Shown here: positions 30,106 to 39,242 of the stretch, piece after piece
Layout of the letters: each line of letters begins with the position of its first letter
How positions within the stretch are numbered: the first letter of the stretch is position 1
NCBI GenBank assembly: GCA_965262855.1
Contig: OZ253563.1
Location: 278,228-342,227, forward strand
Length of the DNA: 64,000 bases
Source: Arenicellales bacterium
GTDB lineage: Bacteria > Pseudomonadota > Gammaproteobacteria > Arenicellales > JAJDZL01
Direction: 5' to 3'
Made by a program: the position numbers and the translations under genes
The notes under the pieces: generated by a model
What the model was told of the DNA's origin: nothing
Database searches by the model: none
The model's input: only the letters and a program-made list of their open reading frames with translations

Positions 30106-31359
30106 ATGCTGAGACCTATCGTCCCGCGATGCGCTGTAATTGGCGCTGTCTGGTTTTCAGTTGCGGGTTTTGGAAATTTCGCCGGCGCTGACTCTGGAAT
30201 TGAGTTCGAGTATTCCGGACGCTTGGGCATTGAAAGCCGATCATTTACCGAACCTGCTCTGCATCCTAGCCAAAAAGGCAGTGGCGGCAGCATCGTCTTG
30301 GAGCCGAACTTGTATATCGAGAATACGCAAGGTAGTAGCTGGAGCTTCAATCTCGTGCCGTTCTTCCGTATCGACAGCGCAGACAGCGACCGCTCGCACA
30401 GCGATCTGCGCGAAGCATATTTTCTATGGTTTGGAGAGGCAGGCGATGCCAGTGAATGGGAGTTGCGTCTTGGTGTTGATCGGCTGTTCTGGGGTGTAGC
30501 CGAATCCAATCACTTAGTCGATATTGTCAATCAGACAGATCTTGTCGACCATCCGTATGGCGAAATTAAATTGGGTCAGCTCATGGCACATCTCACTTTT
30601 TCGGGAGATTGGGGTATGGCGGAAATTTTTGGTATGCCCCATCATCGACTGCGCACATATCCGGGGCGCGAAGGACGTCTTCGATCGCAATTATTTGTGG
30701 ACAACAAGCAGACAAGTTACGAGAGTGCAGCAGAAGAAAAACATGTGGATTGGGCTGCTCGATACAGTCATTCAATCGGATACTTCGACTTTGGAGTAAA
30801 CGTTTTTGATGGTACCAGCCGCGAACCTTATCTGAAGCCAGTTGTGGCCGACGGAATATTGATTCCTCACTATGAGCAAATTCAGCAATTCGGATTGGAT
30901 GCTTTGATAGTCGCAGGCCCCTGGTTGCTTAAACTCGAAGCCATTCGCCGAACGGGCGCCCGAGACTTGTCCGGCATAGAAAACAATTACTCCGCTTACA
31001 TTCTTGGTGGAGAGTACACGCTTTACTCAATATTGGATTCAGCTGTCGACTTGACGCTGTTCAGCGAGTGGAACAAAGATGAACGAGGTGTGAATTCGAC
31101 GGATGATTTGAATAATGATTTTTTTCTTGCCGGGAGATTCATGTTCAATGACGTGCAGAATACAGCAATTACCGTTGCAGCCGTGAAAGACACAGAACTT
31201 GATACAAGTACTTTGACTATTGAATTTGAACGACGGCTGTCGGATCAGTGGGAGTTGGATGTTGAGTGGGTTGAATTCCTCGAAGTCGATAAAAAAGATA
31301 TCGTCTATGGCTCACGAAATGACAGTTACGTCGCACTAGCCCTGACGTACAATTTTTAA
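30106..31359 (+). CDS. Putative outer-membrane beta-barrel protein
   Basis: Signal-peptide-like N-terminus from the ATG at 30106 (MLRPIVPRCAVIGAVWFSVAGFGNFAGA), alternating hydrophobic pattern and terminal ...ALALTYNF (C-terminal Phe). The ORF track start at 30061 overlaps the pseudogene tail. Confidence 0.5.
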   Translation: MLRPIVPRCAVIGAVWFSVAGFGNFAGADSGIEFEYSGRLGIESRSFTEPALHPSQKGSGGSIVLEPNLYIENTQGSSWSFNLVPFFRIDSADSDRSHSDLREAYFLWFGEAGDASEWELRLGVDRLFWGVAESNHLVDIVNQTDLVDHPYGEIKLGQLMAHLTFSGDWGMAEIFGMPHHRLRTYPGREGRLRSQLFVDNKQTSYESAAEEKHVDWAARYSHSIGYFDFGVNVFDGTSREPYLKPVVADGILIPHYEQIQQFGLDALIVAGPWLLKLEAIRRTGARDLSGIENNYSAYILGGEYTLYSILDSAVDLTLFSEWNKDERGVNSTDDLNNDFFLAGRFMFNDVQNTAITVAAVKDTELDTSTLTIEFERRLSDQWELDVEWVEFLEVDKKDIVYGSRNDSYVALALTYNF

Positions 31360-31665
31360 TCACATATCACATGGCAGTTATAGCTCTCTCTGAGTCCACT
31401 GTCCACCAAGGGTCTCGCCTAGCTTGAGGAACTGTTCCATAATCTGTTCCTCTGCCTGGTAAGCGTTTGTCAAATTCATCCAAGACGACCTCTTCACGGT
31501 GATGCAATTGCCGTAGTCATACAATCACCCCCGTCAAGCGGTTAGAGCACATTAACCCGACTCTCGGAAAGAAAGTCGTCTGTATCGGGAAAGAAAATTC
31601 CGGGGAACGACCGCAATTGTGCCACTCGGCTATAGGTGCGGCGGCAACATAGGGAATTTTGAAAG

Positions 31666-32688
31666 TTAAGTGAGCACCCCAGTGCAACTGCTTCCTGCAC
31701 CGGCTGTACAACCGAAACAGTGTGAATCAACTGCAATGGCTTCATTTGCAATTTCGTCTGCCTGAGTCTCCCACAAATATCTGGGCTTTTTCCATCCCGC
31801 ATGAATATTCAGCATTTGATTGAAATCGCAATCATAAATTCGGCCCAGCCAATCAACGCTGACGATGTGTCTGCACATCAGGCCTGCAACAGTGTCGGGA
31901 TTGAAGTTCTCTGAAAGCAGATTCAAGTAGGAATCATACTCGCCATTCCTTTCGAGGAAGTGTCGAAAGCGACTGATAGGTAAATTGGTTATCGTATAAA
32001 GACTGTTGAACTGAATCTTAAAATCTTCGGCAAGACGCAGCTTGTAAGTTGCCTCCAGGTCCTGTTGTGATGGAGGCAGGAAGGCTCCAGCTGGATTGTA
32101 GACGAGGTCCAAAGGAAGATCAGGGTCAATGCCGTATCCTAAATCGTTCAATCGCTGCAATGCGAGAATGCTTTGATCAAACACGCCTTTCCCGCGCTGG
32201 GATTCAAGGTTTTCTTTTGTATAACAGGGTAATGAGCAGATCAGAGTGATGCCATGAGCCGCATACCATTCCGCGAGATCTTCCTGTCCCGGTTCCAATA
32301 GCACTGTCAAATTGCACCGTGACAGAACTTTTGACTGATTGCTCACAAAGGCTTCAACGAAGCGTCGAAAATTTGGATTAAGCTCTGGTGCCCCGCCGGT
32401 GATGTCAATGGTTTCGATTGAATGGATCGTACACCATTCAATGATTCTCTGCATGGTGTCCCAGGTCATGATTTCGGTTCTTTTCGGACCTGCATCGACA
32501 TGGCAGTGATTGCAAGCTTGATTGCAAAGCTTGCCGACATTTACTTGGACATCGCGAATCTGAGCTCTTCTCAGTTCCTGGAATCCATTTCTGAGAAGAG
32601 TAGAGTAGAAATTTAAGTTTGACTGCGATGCGCCATTTCCAATTTTTGGATAGTGCGCTTCCGTCAGGATTGACGGCATGGATTTCAT
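31666..32688 (-). CDS. ArsS-family radical SAM / Cys-rich domain protein
   Basis: Radical SAM cluster motif CNQACNHCHV, IDITGGAPELNP, QRGKGVFDQS, VDWLGRIYDCDFNQML and C-terminal HCFGCTAGAGSSCTG, characteristic of the ArsS (rSAM + DUF3641) family. Confidence 0.8.
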   Translation of the reverse strand: MKSMPSILTEAHYPKIGNGASQSNLNFYSTLLRNGFQELRRAQIRDVQVNVGKLCNQACNHCHVDAGPKRTEIMTWDTMQRIIEWCTIHSIETIDITGGAPELNPNFRRFVEAFVSNQSKVLSRCNLTVLLEPGQEDLAEWYAAHGITLICSLPCYTKENLESQRGKGVFDQSILALQRLNDLGYGIDPDLPLDLVYNPAGAFLPPSQQDLEATYKLRLAEDFKIQFNSLYTITNLPISRFRHFLERNGEYDSYLNLLSENFNPDTVAGLMCRHIVSVDWLGRIYDCDFNQMLNIHAGWKKPRYLWETQADEIANEAIAVDSHCFGCTAGAGSSCTGVLT

Positions 32689-32695
32689 AAATAAT

Positions 32696-33163
32696 TCAGC
32701 AGCATTTGCCTGTTGTATTCAAAAACCGCTTTCGAATGAAATGATCAATCGAAATCTTTCCAGGACCGCGAAGCAGAAGTACCAGAAGCATGATTCCCCA
32801 CACCTGGTGTTGCACAATTCCCGCGGGATTCAAAGTTGGATAAGAGATTACAGCGACGATATTAAAGAGGAACAATATGCCTGCTGCCACCCTTCCTGCG
32901 AGTCCGAATACGAGCAGGACAGGAAGAGTCAGTTCAACCACAATTGCCATATACGCCGCTAATTCAAAAGGTATGATGGGAACAACATACTCGTACTCGA
33001 ATAAGTACATAGTTGAATCGATATTGGCGATTTTGGTCAGACCTGATTTCCAAAATACGTTTGCCACCCAAAGTCTCAACAGCAAATCGGCAATTGGCGT
33101 GCCGCATTCGAGCACACATAAAATTTGATGACAGTATTTTCCAATGGCTGAGTCTTTAAACAT
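32696..33163 (-). CDS. DoxX-family membrane protein
   Basis: 155 aa, four hydrophobic helices, LLLRLWVANVFWKSGLTK motif typical of DoxX. Confidence 0.75.
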   Translation of the reverse strand: MFKDSAIGKYCHQILCVLECGTPIADLLLRLWVANVFWKSGLTKIANIDSTMYLFEYEYVVPIIPFELAAYMAIVVELTLPVLLVFGLAGRVAAGILFLFNIVAVISYPTLNPAGIVQHQVWGIMLLVLLLRGPGKISIDHFIRKRFLNTTGKCC

Positions 33164-33204
33164 AGTTCAAACTGATTCCTTTTTGTTTATGTTGCGGAGA
33201 ATCA

Positions 33205-34023
33205 CTACCTAATTACAGTGACTTCTGCAATTGCACCGATTTCAAATATTCTATGCAGTCCAGACTGTAAATTGTAGTCTGGTTTTGCTTCCAGTAAACT
33301 TGAAATTATCACTCCAAGTGTATTTTGTTGTTCAATCTGGTTGATGAAGAAATTCAATCCATCATCAATGTGAATTACTTTCGTTTCATCGTCGTTGCGC
33401 AATATGACCACCGATTGGCCACCTGAATTAATATCAGGAACTTCTCCTTCACCTGAATGTTGCCCGGCAAAAGTCCAGATATCGAAAATCGGAAACGATG
33501 ACGAAACAGCAGTAACCGAAGGATGCAGAATCAGCAACAAGCGCTCATGATCCTCTGAAGCGAATCGAGTCAGAACATTTAGTGGAACCGACGCTGTTGC
33601 GACGGAATGAAATGCCGCATGGCATGCCCAGTCCATTCTAGCGATATCAACTACATAGGCCAATTCAGCTAGTTCTTTCATCACCCCAATGAATTCAGGA
33701 AAACGCTTGCCGTAGTCGTGCAGGTTTCCCGATGTGGGCGGGTTTTCAGCCAAATGCTTGCGGGCTGCAAATTTGAAGAACTCCTCCCCCACAATTGCAC
33801 ATGTAACTGGAAATACGTTTTGCAAGGACTCTGCAAGTGTGGAGTCGATATTGTTTTTGTAAATCTGAAGTCGGCGATGTGGCTCAATTCCGTGCGGTTG
33901 AATGGTCTCCCGCAAATCTGTAACAGTGCTGAACAGAACCTCTTGAGCAAACTGCTGCTGTAGTTCACGCAGCTGCATGGCGAAACTCGCTTTGATGGGA
34001 TCGGGCAATCTCGGCTTCATCAA
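33205..34023 (-). CDS. DUF2063-family protein (BufC/MbnC-like MNIO partner)
   Basis: Position immediately after the DUF692 gene. N-terminal LQQQFAQEVLF...HRRLQIYKNNIDSTLAESL pattern of DUF2063. The start may be the ATG at 33978. Confidence 0.7.
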   Translation of the reverse strand: MMKPRLPDPIKASFAMQLRELQQQFAQEVLFSTVTDLRETIQPHGIEPHRRLQIYKNNIDSTLAESLQNVFPVTCAIVGEEFFKFAARKHLAENPPTSGNLHDYGKRFPEFIGVMKELAELAYVVDIARMDWACHAAFHSVATASVPLNVLTRFASEDHERLLLILHPSVTAVSSSFPIFDIWTFAGQHSGEGEVPDINSGGQSVVILRNDDETKVIHIDDGLNFFINQIEQQNTLGVIISSLLEAKPDYNLQSGLHRIFEIGAIAEVTVIR

Positions 34024-34816
34024 GCAGCACCGAAAAATCGGGCAGATTTTTGTCCCATTCGATCAGGGTCGGTGCATGACGATAGCGCTGAACTGCAAAC
34101 TTATACAAGTCCCAGACTTCATCGCAAACTCTCTGGTCATGCGAATCGATACGTATCTCACCGTTTGAAAGCTTTTTTACAGTATGTCCTGCGACATGCA
34201 TTTCACCCACCAGTTCGGGCGAAACTCCAGAAATATACTCGAATGGATCAAAATTGTGGTTGCAGGCGTTTACGAAAACATTATTGACGTCAAGCAGTAA
34301 GCCGCATCCGCTTTGTCGTGCAATCTCACTGATAAATTCCCACTCCGGCATATGCGAATGTGTGAATTCAAGATAGCTTGATGCGTTTTCAACCAGTATC
34401 CGCTGCCCCAAGTATTCTTGAATCTGTTGTATTCGATTTACAAGATGTTGAATTACTTCACTCGTCATCGGCAATGGCAAAAGATCATGCAGATAGATGC
34501 CTTCGACAGAACTCCATGACAGGTGTTCTGAGACAAGAGCCGGCTGATATTGATCTATGAGTTCTTTAAGCCTGGTGAGATGGGCTTGATTGAGAGGATC
34601 TGTCGAACCAATCGACAAACCGACACCGTGGAAGCTTAGCGGATAACTGTCACGAACCTTCGACAGACAGGTATGTGCGATGCCTCCCTGACCAAAGTAG
34701 TTTTCGCTATGTACCTCAAACCAGTCTACCTTTGGGGAACCAGTTGATACTTCCTGATAGTGTTCGCCACGCAACCCGATTCCGATTGCGCTTGCTGGAA
34801 TCGGGTTCGTGGACAT
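33965..34816 (-). CDS. DUF692 / MNIO (multinuclear non-haem iron oxidative) enzyme, BufB-like
   Basis: IGIGLRGEHY..., VDWFEVHSENYF, LSFHGVGLSIGS, LVSEHLSW and LVENASSYLEF are the DUF692 TIM-barrel pattern. Start set at the ATG at 34816, because the longer ORF (to 35005) would overlap the precursor gene. Confidence 0.85.
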   Translation of the reverse strand: MSTNPIPASAIGIGLRGEHYQEVSTGSPKVDWFEVHSENYFGQGGIAHTCLSKVRDSYPLSFHGVGLSIGSTDPLNQAHLTRLKELIDQYQPALVSEHLSWSSVEGIYLHDLLPLPMTSEVIQHLVNRIQQIQEYLGQRILVENASSYLEFTHSHMPEWEFISEIARQSGCGLLLDVNNVFVNACNHNFDPFEYISGVSPELVGEMHVAGHTVKKLSNGEIRIDSHDQRVCDEVWDLYKFAVQRYRHAPTLIEWDKNLPDFSVLLDEAEIARSHQSEFRHAAA

Positions 34817-34850
34817 TTTTGTTACATATTTGTTAAAAAATTCGCAACAA

Positions 34851-35111
34851 TTATGATTGCGGCTCCATGGTTCCACCGGCGAGTTTATCGCACACTCCTT
34901 TTGGAAGTGCGACAAACGCATCACCTTGGTTATCCGCGGTGGATGTACCGGCACATGAACTGTTTGCAGTCTGACAGTCGTTATGGCCCGCTTTGGCAAC
35001 ACCATAGCATTTTTCTTTTTCTTCAGCGTTTACGGAACTGGAAAGGGATAGAGTCCCTAGTGCCAGTGCACCGGAAATTGCAGCAGAGATAAGTGTTTTT
35101 TGAAAATCCAT
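34851..35111 (-). CDS. DUF2282 signal-peptide-bearing Cys-containing RiPP precursor (bufferin BufA1-like)
   Basis: 86 aa. Sec signal peptide ending SSSVNA, then EKCYGVAKAGHNDCQTANSSCAGTS...LPKGVCDKLAGG with four Cys, the DUF2282 pattern. Confidence 0.8.
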   Translation of the reverse strand: MDFQKTLISAAISGALALGTLSLSSSVNAEEKEKCYGVAKAGHNDCQTANSSCAGTSTADNQGDAFVALPKGVCDKLAGGTMEPQS

Positions 35112-35226
35112 GTTATTACTCCTTGATATTGAGTGAACAATTGAAAAAAATTATTATTTCAACTTGCTATGACATCTTCAAACTGCAAATGTTCCAAACG
35201 ATAAATTGAATTTCAATCTACGTAGG

Positions 35227-35664
35227 TCAATCGTTTGAGATGTCGGATAAAAATTGATTTTCAATTTTGTTAATCAGTTCAATTTCTTCAGTTGAATCTA
35301 TATCATTACGAGCGGATTCAATCAACCAGTCAAACACGGTCGACATGAGTTGGTGCTGAACATGGTGTTTGTTGTCTGTATGAGCAATCCACTGATCATA
35401 GATTGATCGAATGCCTTGTGGCGAGTCATCGCCGATCATTTCGATAACGATGGAATGAAGACCTAGATGAGCGAACGGGTCCGGTTCGTTCTGGTCAAAT
35501 TCATGCGTGGAAAATATTTCCGGATGTGACAATACACTGTGCACTTCTGGATGCATTTCGATAATCTTCTGAACCTGTTTTTCAATACCATTCAATTTTT
35601 GATTTTTTTGGGACTTCTCCCAGACATCAAAGAAAAACTGTCTTTGTTCGGAATCGTCAGGCAT
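35227..35664 (-). CDS. Hypothetical protein (DUF1841-like)
   Basis: 145 aa; QRQFFFDVWEK...HPEVHSVL... resembles DUF1841. Weak by-eye call. Confidence 0.4.
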   Translation of the reverse strand: MPDDSEQRQFFFDVWEKSQKNQKLNGIEKQVQKIIEMHPEVHSVLSHPEIFSTHEFDQNEPDPFAHLGLHSIVIEMIGDDSPQGIRSIYDQWIAHTDNKHHVQHQLMSTVFDWLIESARNDIDSTEEIELINKIENQFLSDISND

Positions 35665-35672
35665 GTCGAGGC

Positions 35673-36320
35673 TTATTGACCTAAATTACTGAGTTTACGG
35701 CCTGGATATTCACACAAGTCGTAAATGATGCACGAGTCACACAGAGGCTTGCGGGCAGTGCAGGTGTATCGTCCATGCAGAATCAACCAATGGTGAGCGT
35801 CGATCAGAAATTCTTTAGGAATGGATTTCAAGAGATTTTTTTCCACTTCTTCGACGTTTTTACCCGGTGCGATTGGAATGCGATTGGAGATTCTGAAAAT
35901 ATGGGTGTCAACTGCCATGGTTGGCTGCCCAAAAGCTGTATTCAATATTACATTTGCGGTTTTACGGCCGACTCCTGGCAGTGCAGTCAACGCTTCACGG
36001 CTATCCGGTACTTCACCGCCATGTTTCTCCAGCAACAGTCTGCTAATCTCAATCAGATTTTTGGCTTTGTTGTTATATAGACCGATTGTTTTGATGAGAT
36101 CCTTCACTCTCGGAAGTCCGAGTTCAAGCATGGAGCGTGGATCGGGCGCTTTCTCAAACAACCGAACGGTTGCTGCATTTACGGCTTTATCCGTAGATTG
36201 AGCAGACAGAACGACTGCAATCAGCAGTTCAAATGTATTTTTGTAAAGTAGTTCGGTACTGGGGTCTGGATTTGCTTTGAGAAACCGTGTAAATATTTCA
36301 CGTCGCTTGGATGCATTCAT
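35673..36320 (-). CDS. nth: Endonuclease III
   Basis: HhH-GPD motifs (LPGVGRKTANVIL, VDTHIFR) and the C-terminal Fe-S cluster CTARKPLCDSCIIYDLC. Start placed at the ATG at 36320, overlapping the stop of the upstream gene. Confidence 0.9.
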   Translation of the reverse strand: MNASKRREIFTRFLKANPDPSTELLYKNTFELLIAVVLSAQSTDKAVNAATVRLFEKAPDPRSMLELGLPRVKDLIKTIGLYNNKAKNLIEISRLLLEKHGGEVPDSREALTALPGVGRKTANVILNTAFGQPTMAVDTHIFRISNRIPIAPGKNVEEVEKNLLKSIPKEFLIDAHHWLILHGRYTCTARKPLCDSCIIYDLCEYPGRKLSNLGQ

Positions 36321-36979
36321 TTTGCCGACCCCAGCGATTTGGATTTGCCTGCGGAGCGTCTGGATTTCTTCCATCTTTTCGAACGTTCGCGATTCACTGC
36401 ACTTCGAATCTGCATTTTCATATCTTCGGATTCTGGAATGAAATCCGGTTTCTCGCTATTACGAGTGTAGCGTTGTTGGTGACGCTCAGTCAGGTCTCGC
36501 CATCGTGAAACTTCATCATCTCGAAATTCTTGCCAGAAACTTCCAGAGATGTCGCCACTCCAGTTAATCAATTCAATGCAATCGACCGGACAATATTCAA
36601 CACATAGTCTGCATCCAGTGCACTCTTCGGTCAGTACGCTGTGCATGAACTTTGATGCACCTATAATCGCATCTACAGGACACGGTGCGATACAGAGCGT
36701 ACAGCCAATGCAGTTTTCTTCCTGAATTCTTGCAACTTGCCGACCTGGAAACGATTCACAGTCGTCCGCGAGCGGCTTTATCGTCCTGTCTAGAATTTCG
36801 GCTAGTGCATGTATCGTCGAATCACCGCCAGGAGAACAGCGATTGATGTCGGTTTCATCGCGGAAAAGCGCCTCGGCATAATCCAGGCATTTCGGAAATC
36901 CGCACATCGTGCACTGCGTCTGAGGCAAACATTGATCTATCTCCCCAACCGATACTGTACGGGTGCTATGCATGCTCAA
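36317..36979 (-). CDS. RnfB-like ferredoxin (no membrane anchor)
   Basis: CTMCGFPKCLDYAEAL...RCSPGG cluster domain plus two 4Fe-4S motifs (CIGCTLCIAPCP, CTGCRLCVEYCP) and a basic tail. This is the rnfB-nth linkage, but no other rnf genes are seen in the window. Confidence 0.7.
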   Translation of the reverse strand: MSMHSTRTVSVGEIDQCLPQTQCTMCGFPKCLDYAEALFRDETDINRCSPGGDSTIHALAEILDRTIKPLADDCESFPGRQVARIQEENCIGCTLCIAPCPVDAIIGASKFMHSVLTEECTGCRLCVEYCPVDCIELINWSGDISGSFWQEFRDDEVSRWRDLTERHQQRYTRNSEKPDFIPESEDMKMQIRSAVNRERSKRWKKSRRSAGKSKSLGSAK

Positions 36980-36981
36980 AC

Positions 36982-39000
36982 CTAGTTGACTCGTTGCCCG
37001 AGTTTAACTTCATCTCCCGGGTCGATTAGCCACAAACCTTCGTCATCACCAGCCGCCAGAATCATGCCCTCGGAATCACCGAACTTCATTTTCCTGGGTG
37101 CCAGATTGGCTACGATCACTATTTTTCGTCCAATAAGCGCTTCGGGTTCGTAAAAGCCTTTGATCCCCGCGAATACTTGTCTGGTTTCCGTACCCAGGTC
37201 AACTTTCAGCCTGATCAGCTTGTTTGATTCTTCAACATCTTCGGCTTCAAGTATGCGAGCGGTGCGCATGTCAATTTTGGCGAAATCTTCAATGGAAATC
37301 TCGTCGCTTTTCTCAGCCGAAGTTTCGATTTCTGGTTCCATGGCAGCCTCGGACATCGCATCCACGTCTTTTTTCTGAACTCTTTGCAACAGATGCACAA
37401 ATCCGGAAATTTCGTGATCCAGCAAAGGCTCATCAATACGTTTCCAAAGGTCAATCGGGTCGTTCAGAAATTCCGCTGTGCGTTCGGCAAGTTGCGGAAC
37501 TACTGGCGACAGATAGTAGATCAGGACACGAAACATGTTTATCCCTTGCGTACAAACATTGTGCAGTTTGTCCCGTGCAGATGGATCTTTCGAGATAACC
37601 CATGGCTGTTCATCATTGACGTACTGATTGGCTTTATCGGCAAGAGCCATGATCTCTCTCATGGCGCGACTGAAAGATCGCCCTTCATAAGCATCGGCGA
37701 TTGTCTTGCTGGCTTCTGTCAACTCCTTGTATAGATCGGGATTGTCAAGTTCCGAACTCAGCTTGCCAGCAAATTTGCCGGTTATGAATTTGGAGCACCG
37801 ACTGGCGATGTTGACAACTTTGCCGACCAGGTCTGAATTGATTCGTTGAATGAAGTCTTCCAGATTCAAATCCAGATCTTCAATTCGTTCATTGAGTTTG
37901 ACTGCGTAGTAGTAGCGCAAATATTCCGGGTCAAGATGATCCAAGTAGGTACGAGCCATGATGAAAGTGCCGCGTGATTTCGACATTTTCTTGCCATTGA
38001 CCGTGAGAAATCCATGTGTGAAAACATCTGTCGGCTTGCGAAAACCGGCTCCGTGCAGCATTGCCGGCCAGAACAGAGTGTGGAAATACAAGATATCTTT
38101 GCCAATGAAATTGTAGACCTCGGTTTGCGAGTCGTCTTTCCAGTAGGCGTCAAAATCAATATTTTCGCGCTCGCACAGATTCTTGAAACTGGCAATGTAG
38201 CCAATGGGTGCATCCAGCCAGACGTAAAAATATTTGTCTACTTCTTCAGGAATTTGAAATCCGAAATATGGTGCATCGCGTGAAATGTCCCAATCTGTTA
38301 GCCCCACATCAAACCATTCCTTCAGTTTGTTCTTGGCCTCGGTTTGAGCCAGTTCGTTGGACACCCACTCTTGCAGCATATCGGTAAAGTCGCTCAGACG
38401 TACAAACAGGTGCTCTGATTCCCTTAGTTCTGGCGGGAGTCCCGACAGAACCGATACAGGATTCTTCAAATCGGAAGGTGCATAAGTGGCACCGCAACGT
38501 TCACAACTATCACCGTACTGGTCTTCTGCGCCACAGCGCGGGCATTCACCTCGGACGAATCGATCTGGAAGAAAGAGTTTCTCCTTGGCATCGTAGGCTT
38601 GGGAGATTGTCTTTCGATGAATATGTCCACCTTTTTTCAGTTGAAGGTAAATGTATTCGGCCAGCTCTCGATTTTCCTCCGAGTGAGTAGAGTGATAGTT
38701 GTCGAATCCTATGTTGAAATCAGCAAAGTCTTTTTCATGTTCCTTTTTGTAATGCTGGATCAATTGCTCCGGAGAGATGTTCTCGCTTCTAGCACGCAAC
38801 ATGATTGGAGTGCCGTGAGCATCGTCAGCGCATACAAAATAACACTGATTGCCCATCATTCGTTGAAACCGTACCCAGATATCAGTCTGAATGTATTCCA
38901 CCATGTGGCCTAGGTGAATCGGTCCGTTGGCGTAGGGCAAGGCGCTGGTAGCCAGAATTTTTCTCTGCATGTTGACGTAGCTCAAATCAGTGCTGTACAA
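36982..39000 (-). CDS. metG: Methionine--tRNA ligase
   Basis: HLGH and KMSKS class I motifs, zinc knuckle [18 protein letters not shown] and a C-terminal tRNA-binding domain. Confidence 0.95.
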   Translation of the reverse strand: MYSTDLSYVNMQRKILATSALPYANGPIHLGHMVEYIQTDIWVRFQRMMGNQCYFVCADDAHGTPIMLRARSENISPEQLIQHYKKEHEKDFADFNIGFDNYHSTHSEENRELAEYIYLQLKKGGHIHRKTISQAYDAKEKLFLPDRFVRGECPRCGAEDQYGDSCERCGATYAPSDLKNPVSVLSGLPPELRESEHLFVRLSDFTDMLQEWVSNELAQTEAKNKLKEWFDVGLTDWDISRDAPYFGFQIPEEVDKYFYVWLDAPIGYIASFKNLCERENIDFDAYWKDDSQTEVYNFIGKDILYFHTLFWPAMLHGAGFRKPTDVFTHGFLTVNGKKMSKSRGTFIMARTYLDHLDPEYLRYYYAVKLNERIEDLDLNLEDFIQRINSDLVGKVVNIASRCSKFITGKFAGKLSSELDNPDLYKELTEASKTIADAYEGRSFSRAMREIMALADKANQYVNDEQPWVISKDPSARDKLHNVCTQGINMFRVLIYYLSPVVPQLAERTAEFLNDPIDLWKRIDEPLLDHEISGFVHLLQRVQKKDVDAMSEAAMEPEIETSAEKSDEISIEDFAKIDMRTARILEAEDVEESNKLIRLKVDLGTETRQVFAGIKGFYEPEALIGRKIVIVANLAPRKMKFGDSEGMILAAGDDEGLWLIDPGDEVKLGQRVN

Positions 39001-39242
39001 GGCGGACGACGGTTAAAGAATATGGCGGTTATGAGGGCTAATTTTCCCGCGGAACTAGTGACAATCAGCACGTTGCCCGCAGGCGGTATGTTACAATAAA
39101 GTCACCAGCCTTATACTAAGTTGAGTTATGCAGCAGGTGCGTGCAAATTCAATTTTATTATCTTTTCGGTTGAACTTGGCGTGAGAATATGGCCAAGGTT
39201 CATTCTGTGATGTCGAATATTTGCAAACAAAATTAATATTTT

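Noticed and set aside
34817-35005. N-terminal extension of the DUF692 ORF (346-aa version)
   Set aside because: It would overlap the DUF2282 precursor gene by about 150 nt, and the extension has no family-like sequence. The ATG at 34816 gives the canonical MNIO N-terminus.
35180-35200. Sigma-54-like TGGAAC...TGCA upstream of the precursor gene
   Set aside because: The GG-to-GC spacing is 9 nt rather than the 12 nt of the TGGCAC-N5-TTGC consensus.
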